A stretch of DNA of 64,000 nt from a virus: the IMG/VR virus record IMGVR_UViG_3300022413_000008, positions 4,315 through 68,314 of that record; one strand, given 5' to 3'. Below are positions 35,436 to 44,028 of this stretch, one piece after another. Each line of letters opens with the position of its first letter. The stretch's first letter is position 1. The translations under genes and the position numbers were made by a program. The notes under the pieces are model-generated. The model was not told the origin of the DNA, did no database searches, and saw only the letters and a list, made by a program, of their open reading frames with translations.

Positions 35436-35606
35436 TTATCGATCAATTTCTCCCATTTTTCGAGGCCTCGCATCAGCCAACATGCCCATGACCGAGTTCT
35501 TGTTCACTTTCGGCTTCTTCGCCGTGGCCATGATGTCGGCATCCTTGCCGGTCTCCATCGTCTTGGTTCGATTGGTGGGGGTACCCCCGATTCCTGGTTT
35601 TGGCAT
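35436..35606 (-). CDS. Small basic protein (56 aa)
   Basis: MPKPGIGGTPTNRTKTMETGKDAD...; fills the gap in the late operon. Confidence 0.6.
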   Translation of the reverse strand: MPKPGIGGTPTNRTKTMETGKDADIMATAKKPKVNKNSVMGMLADARPRKMGEIDR

Positions 35607-35611
35607 AAGCT

Positions 35612-36097
35612 CTACTCGTTCAGTGTTAACGTTGACACGACTTCCGTTGCGTGAAAACCTAATCGTTGATAGCGTTTAAGTATAGTGTTTTTTGGAAAGT
35701 GGCTAGTGACGTGTGCCCTAGAGTATCCCAGGCCAGCTAAGAGAAGGAGAAGCTCCTCAAGGATTACGATCTCCTTCATCCTCATAAAATGCCAGAAGAG
35801 GATGTGAACATCATTGAAGCTATTGTTCCAAATGAATGGCATGGCAATTGCCCCGGCGACAGACTTGTCTCCAAAGACCACCCAACCTTTTTTGATGGTC
35901 TCTTCCAGCACCCTGCGAATGTCGCCTTCTCTCATGGGAACTCCGTATGATGGCTCACCAACTTTGCGTGCGCCATCTAACATGATCGGCATCAATCGTG
36001 GGATGTCATCCAAAGATGCCAGGGCGGCTTTCATCGCTAGCTGACATCTTGTTCCGGGTTCTTCACTTCGAATAATCCTTGCAGCCGCTGAGCCCAC
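35612..36097 (-). CDS. GNAT-like protein
   Basis: A.LDDIPRL start and ILKRYQRLGF end; typical position after the podovirus tail nozzle. Confidence 0.6.
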   Translation of the reverse strand: MGSAAARIIRSEEPGTRCQLAMKAALASLDDIPRLMPIMLDGARKVGEPSYGVPMREGDIRRVLEETIKKGWVVFGDKSVAGAIAMPFIWNNSFNDVHILFWHFMRMKEIVILEELLLLLAGLGYSRAHVTSHFPKNTILKRYQRLGFHATEVVSTLTLNE

Positions 36098-36240
36098 ACA
36101 AGGAGGTCTTCATTCCATTGCTCTAGCTCCGGGAAACGATCCAACATCTCTTGCGGCATCGCAGGAGGAAGCGGGAACTGAACCTCTCGAACCGAGGCCT
36201 GAGTCCGAACCAGTCGCCTAACCTGTATAGGGGCAGCCAT
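36037..36240 (-). CDS. Hypothetical virion-associated protein
   Basis: 67 aa, coupled. Confidence 0.65.
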   Translation of the reverse strand: MAAPIQVRRLVRTQASVREVQFPLPPAMPQEMLDRFPELEQWNEDLLVWAQRLQGLFEVKNPEQDVS

Positions 36241-38675
36241 TACCCTTGTTCACACCTTCCGACTTTCGCAAAGGCGCTCGAGAAACAAAGTGACCCGCCA
36301 GTGCCGCGAACCCTAAGTCGCCACTGGAAGAAGATCCCCCGCCTATAAGGGAACCACTTCGCCGGCTCGTCAGCTCGGGTCCCTGCAAGATCGTGTGCTG
36401 TATCCGAAGTCAATGATTGGCATCCAATAGGCCGGCCGTCGAGCACGCTGCCATCTGTGTCCACAATCCGTTCCAGTTTGAATTGACCGCACTCCGGCGA
36501 CGGTCCATAGCCAATGAATAACTCAAGCGTTGACGGTGTCGTTTGAACCGGAGCAGTGAAATTTACCAGGAATTCGGAAATGGTCTTCTCCAAGTCGCTT
36601 TTGAAATCATCAGCACCAGATTCCAGAACAGTGGTATAGCCATCCAGAACATAGACCGCACCATCAGTGATCCTCTCCCTGGAGAAGATCTCGTCATCGT
36701 ATTCCTTCAACGCGAAATCCGTGGCGCTAGCCATCACGAAACGTTCCAATCGTTCACACTCTCCGCACAGCTCGAATTCAGAGAGATCCCCAATCCTTGC
36801 ACAGGCAGAATCAGGGTCGGTCGGAAGATTCACGTCCTCGGTAGGGTTAATGATCGATGTTGGTGGATCAGTAAACGGAAGGCTCACCTCAGGATTCGAA
36901 GGCCCCTCTTTGACTGTTTGAGCAGCCTGTTCTTCTCGCGTGCAAATCTCCAGCTCCTCAAGAAACGCAGCAAGCGTTTGTGCGGGCCGCCCACTCAACC
37001 AATGGAAAGCGGTGAAACCATGGTCAACCAAGTCCGCCCCGAACTGCTGGTTCGTCAGGTTGAATACGAGGCTCATGTTCGGACATTGATTGTCGTCAGT
37101 CGGCCAGCTGAACCACATTTCCTTGAACTGAGGGTTCCATCCTCCAATGAAATGGGAACAGGCTTCCTCATTCAATGGCCCGAACGAAATGTCGTCTCGG
37201 GTAATGCCATCAAACACGACATTGCTCACCAGCCGTTGCCAGTCCACTTCTCGAGGTCTTTTGTCAAAGGACGTGAATTGCAGTAGCCGCTCTTCAGACC
37301 AATAGTAATGGGCATCACCAGTATTAACGAGACTCCACTTATACTTCAGTGCGTCACCCCCGTCCTGCTCATGGTAAACCTGTTCAATGAAGAAGACCGG
37401 ATCAGTGCTCGTCGCGCCCGCTGTAAGAGCCACTCGGTAGATTGAACGATTGGTGTAGACGAAAAGAAAATCGTTCAGGCCTTCAATCCTTAGAATTGTC
37501 TCACCTACTCCCAGATCCTGGAACCCGGCCAGCGAATCGTCTGCCGGCACGTAGGACGTAGGATTGTTGAAGTCTGACCATACCAACCGAGCCCTCTGGC
37601 GTGTGCCGTCCTGCACGACATTGCCGAAGAAGATGAACCCCTTCCATTGGCTGACAACGGCAGCAGAGTCAATGTTGAGTGTCTCCAAATCATCGATCGG
37701 CACGGCCGCATGGAGCTCGCATCCTTGATGGGTCGCAAGCATGTTCCAATACAGTGGTGCGTCGAAATCATTGGTGAAGACAATGGAGTTCTCATGTACG
37801 GCACTCATGAACTTGAGCTGGTTGCACGTATTGCAGTCTGCATCTTCGTTCAGTGTGCCGCCCAAGCCATCAGCAAGTATCCGCCAATTACCGGTATCCT
37901 CATTGAGGGCATATAAGCGACTCTTAGTTCCAGCGACCAACATGCGAGCCCCCTCAGAGCTAGTGGCATGATCCAGCATCGTGATCGCTTCAAGGCAGCC
38001 AGGCCGTGTCATTCGCTCGTCCCCACAATAGAGGTAGGTGTAGCTCAGGTCGGTCGAGTAGACGGGAATCGGATCCCCGTATCCGTAGCCGGGAATAGTT
38101 GAACCCGGCGTCACGACCGGAAGCTTCAGATCGAAATAGCTTGTCTGCCAATAGTCAGGATATCCGGACGTGCAAGGAGGATCATAAGCGCTGAGTAATG
38201 GGTCGAAGAAAGCAGCCTGCAGCACGTACGGATGCCCAACAAAGTATGGGTCACAAATCGTGAACTCACCATCGACGAAGTTTGGAAAATTATAGATCCC
38301 AAAGAAGTCTGGCGCATAGCCACACTCTGTCCCGTACGGCAAATTCGTCTGTTCGGGCGATGTCACCGAAGACGGGAAAAAGAACGGGTACTGGACTCCT
38401 GTCTGCTGGCCGGGAACATTGATAGGGATTGAGAATTCTTCGTAGTAAAACTGGAGGCCAGTCAACTGATCATGGAGATCAGAGTTGTTGTATGGATCAT
38501 TGATGTCGGCAAACAGTCTTCGCCACCCACCACGTCTGCATCGCTTTCGGCGCCCACGGTTGGCGGCATTCAGGACAAGCCGGTAAGCATCAGCCCCAGT
38601 TTCGTCTGGCTGCGATCTCGCATCAAAAACTCCCGCCAACGACCGGAGCTTGATTGATCTGAAAGGACTAGGCAT
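36240..38675 (-). CDS. Tail nozzle / packaged-DNA stabilisation protein (P22 gp10 / T7 gp12-like)
   Basis: 811 aa; beta-propeller-like segments (RLVWSDFNNP, YTNRSIYRV, YFWSEE-like); position. Confidence 0.7.
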   Translation of the reverse strand: MPSPFRSIKLRSLAGVFDARSQPDETGADAYRLVLNAANRGRRKRCRRGGWRRLFADINDPYNNSDLHDQLTGLQFYYEEFSIPINVPGQQTGVQYPFFFPSSVTSPEQTNLPYGTECGYAPDFFGIYNFPNFVDGEFTICDPYFVGHPYVLQAAFFDPLLSAYDPPCTSGYPDYWQTSYFDLKLPVVTPGSTIPGYGYGDPIPVYSTDLSYTYLYCGDERMTRPGCLEAITMLDHATSSEGARMLVAGTKSRLYALNEDTGNWRILADGLGGTLNEDADCNTCNQLKFMSAVHENSIVFTNDFDAPLYWNMLATHQGCELHAAVPIDDLETLNIDSAAVVSQWKGFIFFGNVVQDGTRQRARLVWSDFNNPTSYVPADDSLAGFQDLGVGETILRIEGLNDFLFVYTNRSIYRVALTAGATSTDPVFFIEQVYHEQDGGDALKYKWSLVNTGDAHYYWSEERLLQFTSFDKRPREVDWQRLVSNVVFDGITRDDISFGPLNEEACSHFIGGWNPQFKEMWFSWPTDDNQCPNMSLVFNLTNQQFGADLVDHGFTAFHWLSGRPAQTLAAFLEELEICTREEQAAQTVKEGPSNPEVSLPFTDPPTSIINPTEDVNLPTDPDSACARIGDLSEFELCGECERLERFVMASATDFALKEYDDEIFSRERITDGAVYVLDGYTTVLESGADDFKSDLEKTISEFLVNFTAPVQTTPSTLELFIGYGPSPECGQFKLERIVDTDGSVLDGRPIGCQSLTSDTAHDLAGTRADEPAKWFPYRRGIFFQWRLRVRGTGGSLCFSSAFAKVGRCEQG

Positions 38676-39331
38676 TACGTCTTAATCAGGAATCTGAATA
38701 CAGCATAGGGAGGAAGATTGTCATGCGATAGCCCACCACCTGTATTTCGTGTTTCTCCGAGTGCGGCCGCGACGTTGTTAGGTTGCCAATCAACCTCTTC
38801 ACCACCCCCGACACGCAACCTCCCGGTCTCTCCATCGGTTGGTAGCCCATCATCTTCAACGCCAAACGTGTGGTTATGGGCTGGAATCTGTGTCACGTCC
38901 AAGGTCACCGTCTTGGCCCCGCCGCTCCCCGCTAAAGGAAAATCGGCATCGGTTCCACTGAGACCAAAGAGTGACTTGCCTTGCAGATCCGGCAAATTGA
39001 ATGTGGTCGCAGCATCGCCAGCACCATAAACAGTTCCAATCTTTGTGAAAAGGTTGGCGTATGTCGTGCGAGACACTTCCTGTCCATTGCACCAAAGCCA
39101 GCCTTCAGGAATGTCCGCGCCAGCATAGGCCTGAACAATACCTGGAGGTAGTTGGAACACTTCATCACGAAACGTCTGGCTCAGGGTGCCATCCGCGTTG
39201 AGCATGTAGTTGAGGAAATCACAAATCAGCTGTGGTTGCTCATACAGCACTCGCCGCAACGCTTCGCACCGATCAGTCGTCGGTGTCGGAGTCAGCTCAC
39301 AAAACTCACTGGGTGTTACCGGACTCGGCAT
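38675..39331 (-). CDS. Tail fibre with phage tail-collar domain
   Basis: PPGIVQAYAGADIPEGWLWCNGQEVSRTTYANLF...FNLPDLQG. Confidence 0.9.
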   Translation of the reverse strand: MPSPVTPSEFCELTPTPTTDRCEALRRVLYEQPQLICDFLNYMLNADGTLSQTFRDEVFQLPPGIVQAYAGADIPEGWLWCNGQEVSRTTYANLFTKIGTVYGAGDAATTFNLPDLQGKSLFGLSGTDADFPLAGSGGAKTVTLDVTQIPAHNHTFGVEDDGLPTDGETGRLRVGGGEEVDWQPNNVAAALGETRNTGGGLSHDNLPPYAVFRFLIKT

Positions 39332-40388
39332 GGTCTATGATCCCGTGTTTTAGCAAAAGTTTCACTAGTCGTTCCGCGAATCTTAGCTCAGTGAAGCGTG
39401 ACGCAGATTCAGTTGCCAGCAATCCACGGCTTCGGACCATGTCGCGATTCGAGTAAATCCATTTCAACTGCGAAATCGCTGAGTCACGATCCGGCTCCAT
39501 CCATATGCCAGATCCGTCGTAAATACCCTGCGCTGGAACGAACGAAAAGTCCACAGGAAAGGAGTTGTTTCGATCCATGAACATTTCAAGTGCCGTGTAA
39601 ACTGGGCAGACACATGGCCGGCCAAGACTCATTGCTTGCTGCTGCCATAGCCCCCATCCTTCACCGCGAGACAAGGAGAAGAACACATGCCCTGATGCAA
39701 GCCATCGTGCCAGTGCCTCAGGCTTCATGTCTTCCCGTCTGATCGTAACGCGAGGGTCGTCCCACACATCTTCCAAGTCGCACCGTGGGGTGATCTTCAA
39801 GTGTAGTTCCACATCGGGCGTATCATGGAATGCAGCTATCCAGGTCTCCACCAGCTCAGGAAGCATTTTACGTGTGCCTCCAACCTCCCTTTGCCCGGCC
39901 GCTTTCACGATGAGTGGGCCATCTAAAGACATTGGCTTGAACGCAAACAAATCCGGATTGATGCCAAGCGGAAGCACTTCGATCGGCGCAGTAACCCCAG
40001 CTGCACCAAAGACGCCTGCATTCCAGAAGGATGGAACCATTATTAGGGAAGCCTTATTGAGTTCCTCCACATATGATGGATGCAGCCCATTCGTTTCCCA
40101 CATTGTGAACCAGGCGATCTTTTTACCCCTGGACTCTGCCAGCGGATCCGTGGTCGGTGGGTGGAAGAGGAGTTCCCAGGGCTCGGGGCCGGGGCGCTTT
40201 ACGAAACACTCACGAATCTTCGGAGGGATGGCTGGATCATCATGGGCCGACGATACGGTAGGACGAACATCGACATGTAAGCCTTGGTAGGTCAAATAGC
40301 TTACTGCCATCTGGGACACGCGGCCCCATGCGGAATGACCATCAATTTGACATCGTAGATTAAGACGGCGCGACGAATTCATCGCCAT
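39306..40388 (-). CDS. GT4-family glycosyltransferase
   Basis: FTMWET, MVPSFWN, LPLGIN and SLSRGEGWGL..QQAMSLGRP. Confidence 0.9.
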   Translation of the reverse strand: MAMNSSRRLNLRCQIDGHSAWGRVSQMAVSYLTYQGLHVDVRPTVSSAHDDPAIPPKIRECFVKRPGPEPWELLFHPPTTDPLAESRGKKIAWFTMWETNGLHPSYVEELNKASLIMVPSFWNAGVFGAAGVTAPIEVLPLGINPDLFAFKPMSLDGPLIVKAAGQREVGGTRKMLPELVETWIAAFHDTPDVELHLKITPRCDLEDVWDDPRVTIRREDMKPEALARWLASGHVFFSLSRGEGWGLWQQQAMSLGRPCVCPVYTALEMFMDRNNSFPVDFSFVPAQGIYDGSGIWMEPDRDSAISQLKWIYSNRDMVRSRGLLATESASRFTELRFAERLVKLLLKHGIIDHAESGNTQ

Positions 40389-40393
40389 CCAAC

Positions 40394-40846
40394 TTACGAG
40401 GTGTCGTCTTGCCCGTAAACGGTAAAAGTCAAAGCATCAGACACACTGACCCGAACTGCCATGGCCCCATTAGCTCCAACAATGAAGGGTCCGCCCATTG
40501 ACAAAATAGAGTTCCCTGCGAGAGAAACGTCCCATGCCAGAGCTGTCGACTCATCAAACGTAGCCCCGTCATCATCATTCATCAGGCGGAATGTCACTGC
40601 CCCGGCTGTCGTGTTCGCAACCTGGATCGTGTTAACTGTTTTCTTGGTACCGCCACCAGCTAACAGAGTTGTCGGGGATGTCCCAGGGGGGCGAACCTGT
40701 GCCAGTTCCGTGTCCTGAGCTGTGTTCCGAACTGCTTCAAAGACCGAAACAATCAGGTCCCGCATGTCTTGAGCGCTAATCTGCCTGGTGTTGTTGTCGG
40801 GAAACAACGCTAGCAATTCCGCTTCGGTTCTAACTGTATCACTCAT
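40394..40846 (-). CDS. Minor virion protein
   Basis: RTEAELLALFPDNNTRQISAQDMRD resembles an N-terminus seen in phage structural accessory proteins. Confidence 0.65.
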   Translation of the reverse strand: MSDTVRTEAELLALFPDNNTRQISAQDMRDLIVSVFEAVRNTAQDTELAQVRPPGTSPTTLLAGGGTKKTVNTIQVANTTAGAVTFRLMNDDDGATFDESTALAWDVSLAGNSILSMGGPFIVGANGAMAVRVSVSDALTFTVYGQDDTS

Positions 40847-41739
40847 TATCCAAATCCAAATCCAAATGCGTCAGGGTCAAATGCATTGAGGGTCGCTCCT
40901 TCAGCCAAGTCGGTAGACGGATGCGGATAAACTGGAGGGAACATCATCGAAAGCTGTCCTGCATCAAGTCCTTGGCTGCAATCGCGATCAGCTTGGACTC
41001 TCCGATGTTCGTTGCACCAGTACGCCAGATCTGCAAAAGCGTTCTCGGATTCTTGCCTCAGATCCCGAGCATGTGCCGCATTCTTATCGTTCCTAAGAGC
41101 CACCTCTGCTTGAATGGAAAGTGCCACATAATTCTGAATTCCTGAATCATCAGGGATCGCATCGTTGTCGCGCCAATTTGTTCGCAATCCTTCCCAATGG
41201 ACAGCGACGATGTAGCCACACGGGAACCGAGGCGCCAAGTAGATCTTTCCTTCCTCTTGGACAGAAAAGAACCGAGATGCACACTTGAAATTGTCATCCG
41301 GTTCCTCTGTCTCCGTCGCAAAATACGGGTAGCACACAGCCCCGCCAGACGAGTAAACAGTCGTGTCAGGATTCACCCACCGACACCCATCCTCGGCAGC
41401 CCAGCAGCTCAGAAACTGAGCCGTCTTGTGATTGTAGAAGAACTTCTCACAACTCGCTGTGGGCTTGAACGCGTAGACAGCCTTGATTTTGGCGCGGGAT
41501 GGGCCATGAATGAGCGACATCCCACAATGATCGAAAGCCTGGTCCTTGTAAAAGAAATCGACCTGATTAGCCCTCCAGCATTCAATGAACATCTGCAGCT
41601 TGCTCAGAGCATTCTTGAAGTACAGGTCATGAGCAAACGCCATGCTTTCGCCAGCACCCTCCGGGAATACGACACGCCGAACCGCTGTCTTGAATGCGGA
41701 GTATGTCGTGTATTCAATGGTTGATTCTGGCGCGATCAC
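40846..41739 (-). CDS. Head-tail adaptor / tail tubular A-like protein
   Basis: TYSAFKTAV start; size and position after the capsid gene. Confidence 0.6.
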   Translation of the reverse strand: MIAPESTIEYTTYSAFKTAVRRVVFPEGAGESMAFAHDLYFKNALSKLQMFIECWRANQVDFFYKDQAFDHCGMSLIHGPSRAKIKAVYAFKPTASCEKFFYNHKTAQFLSCWAAEDGCRWVNPDTTVYSSGGAVCYPYFATETEEPDDNFKCASRFFSVQEEGKIYLAPRFPCGYIVAVHWEGLRTNWRDNDAIPDDSGIQNYVALSIQAEVALRNDKNAAHARDLRQESENAFADLAYWCNEHRRVQADRDCSQGLDAGQLSMMFPPVYPHPSTDLAEGATLNAFDPDAFGFGFG

Positions 41740-42173
41740 TCTGACACTTTCCCTACCTTCGGTATCACAAATTCAGTTTCCACTTTCAGTGGTTCCACCT
41801 TTTGAGCACCGGCAACGCCTGTAGCCACCTGCCCGTTAGGAGTAACCTTAGTGTCCGCATCGACGGCAGCGGCGACGCCTGGCTTGAGGTGGCTGAGCGT
41901 TGGGGGACCCACCAATTCTCGTCGCTTTGGCGCTCGCAGATTGAAGGTCGATGTGCTTTTTTTTTCAAGGAAGACCTTGTATTCTGATTCGGAGATTTCT
42001 GACACTCCGCCCGCTCCCCGAGCCATCAATTTGTTGAGCTCGGTGATAATATATCCGTTGGTTGTCGCCAGATATCCGTAATGCTCATCGGCAGCCTCAA
42101 ATGGAATCGGTGAGCCGTGAGGCAAATTGATCGGCTGCCTCGGACATTCCTTCTTGAAATACTTTTGGTCCAT
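41736..42173 (-). CDS. Hypothetical protein
   Basis: ORF after the capsid terminator; ATG at 42173. Confidence 0.7.
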   Translation of the reverse strand: MDQKYFKKECPRQPINLPHGSPIPFEAADEHYGYLATTNGYIITELNKLMARGAGGVSEISESEYKVFLEKKSTSTFNLRAPKRRELVGPPTLSHLKPGVAAAVDADTKVTPNGQVATGVAGAQKVEPLKVETEFVIPKVGKVSE

Positions 42174-42210
42174 CTCCCGCAATGTAACGCCCTGGCCTTA
42201 CAAACGCTAC

Positions 42211-42244
42211 AAAAAAGCCCGGCAGAATGGGCGTCTGCCGGGCT
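42211..42244 (-). terminator. Rho-independent terminator after the major capsid gene
   Basis: 11-bp stem agcccggcaga/tctgccgggct plus a T6 tail on the - strand. Confidence 0.9.
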
Positions 42245-42278
42245 CACCTCACTCTTGTCTCACTCTCCCTCTGTGGGC

Positions 42279-43976
42279 TTAGGCGATGTCAGTGTAGAGA
42301 TCGGTGTAATCTCCGGTCTCTCCTGCATGTTCCGGTACCACGTCGCGGAAATTTTCCACGATCAGATTGTCCGGTGGACATTCAACGATTGCCGTCCAGG
42401 TCAAGGAGTTCAACGATACCTCCTGGGTCGGGTTCTCCATGACACACGCATAGGCGGCATCGATCTTGGCCAGATCCTCCAGGCGCCCAGTACGGAACAC
42501 CTTGCGATTGGATGCAATAATCCCGGGATAGATGCCACCACCCAAGTCGAGAATCCAAAGCATCCGCGCAGTGCTGGTCATGCTCTCTGCTTCGGCTGCC
42601 GACCCCATGTCATCGAAGAAGAAGTGACAGATGATATTCATCGTCACACCCTTCGGGAAGATCAAGTGGTAGGACATCCATCTGAAACCAAGAACACCGT
42701 GCATCCCTTCTTCGACCGAGATGTTGAACCGCGCCAAACCCTCATATTGGGTGTTGTAGTAACGGATCATTGCACGGTGAATCAGGCCTGCCGTCACCGT
42801 GTCTGTGTACACATCGATCGAATCCGCGAGTTTGCCCTGGTTCGACCGTGATCGGTGGATGTCGTAGAGCCGGTTGAACAACTCGACCAGGTTGAGCTGC
42901 TCGTTTTGCAGATCCATTACCTGACCGCATTCATGCAATTGCTCGTAGACGCCAACCGCATTTGCTCGGAACCCAACGCAAACAGACTCATTCGGAATGT
43001 AGAGATCGGATCCGCCGTAGGTCTGGATTTGCTCGAGTGACCTCCAATTTGCCAACGTCTGGTTGGCCGAGATCTGCTTGTTCCAAAAGAAGGAATTCAG
43101 CCATTCGCGCTGGAAGAGCATGCCGTATTGACGATTGCGCTCCGCCACTGGCACGTCACCGAATTGACGGAAATACTCATTCGTTTCCATCAACTTCGCG
43201 AACCACTCTTCGTAGAGTGAATCCACACACATGGTCCAACGACTTGACTGTACCCAGAACGGCACCGATCTGTTAGGGTTGAGAGCCGGCCGATTGTGGC
43301 AGTAAGACTCCCAATCCGACACATTGTTGGTTCCGATGACCAAGATTCCAGTTGACGGGAATTCGACCTTTGGAGCCGGTGAATTCGAGGCCGCATTCTC
43401 TGATACGAGAGTCAGCTGAGTGGTGTCGTCACCGCCAAAGGTGCTAGCCACTGCTGTTACGACCCTCCATGCCGTGCGCGTCGCCGTCCCTCCGGCCGTT
43501 CTGGAAAAGATGAAGACCCGGGTGTCAGGAACAAACCAAGCATTGTCAAGTGGCACGCCCTGTCGGGAAAGAACCTGGACGGTATAGGCGCCTGCCGTGC
43601 CGCTGCCGTCGACCACTGCCCAGTACTCATCGTTCACGATCGACTTTTGCTGGGCCAAAATAAATGGCTCAACTAACGAGCCGGAACCCCGCACTTGCCT
43701 CTTGGTCACAAAGCCACTGAAACCACGGGCAGATGCCATCAAGAAGTCGAAGAGTCCGTTAACTCGAGCGCCACATGCCTTGATCTCCAACTGCGTCAAC
43801 AAAAGGCTTTGCATGTCGCGGAAATCTCCAGATCCATCCTGGAAAATTGACGACAGCTCTGCCGGGGTTGCGCCGATCACATCGCACTTTGTTACGGTGC
43901 CACATGAATCAAATGAGGTTCCGATCGCTACATCGCAACGACCATCCGTTGAGAAAATATTATCACCAATTGGCAT
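42279..43976 (-). CDS. Major capsid protein
   Basis: 565 aa after the scaffold and followed by a strong terminator. Confidence 0.75.
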   Translation of the reverse strand: MPIGDNIFSTDGRCDVAIGTSFDSCGTVTKCDVIGATPAELSSIFQDGSGDFRDMQSLLLTQLEIKACGARVNGLFDFLMASARGFSGFVTKRQVRGSGSLVEPFILAQQKSIVNDEYWAVVDGSGTAGAYTVQVLSRQGVPLDNAWFVPDTRVFIFSRTAGGTATRTAWRVVTAVASTFGGDDTTQLTLVSENAASNSPAPKVEFPSTGILVIGTNNVSDWESYCHNRPALNPNRSVPFWVQSSRWTMCVDSLYEEWFAKLMETNEYFRQFGDVPVAERNRQYGMLFQREWLNSFFWNKQISANQTLANWRSLEQIQTYGGSDLYIPNESVCVGFRANAVGVYEQLHECGQVMDLQNEQLNLVELFNRLYDIHRSRSNQGKLADSIDVYTDTVTAGLIHRAMIRYYNTQYEGLARFNISVEEGMHGVLGFRWMSYHLIFPKGVTMNIICHFFFDDMGSAAEAESMTSTARMLWILDLGGGIYPGIIASNRKVFRTGRLEDLAKIDAAYACVMENPTQEVSLNSLTWTAIVECPPDNLIVENFRDVVPEHAGETGDYTDLYTDIA

Positions 43977-44028
43977 TTGTCTAGTTCGCGCCGCTGCCGA
44001 GCTTCAGCGTACGTCCTTACTAGACAAA

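Noticed and set aside
41957-41965. A9 run (on the - strand) as a programmed frameshift site
   Set aside because: The shifted frames give only short, unremarkable extensions, and I saw no stimulatory structure.
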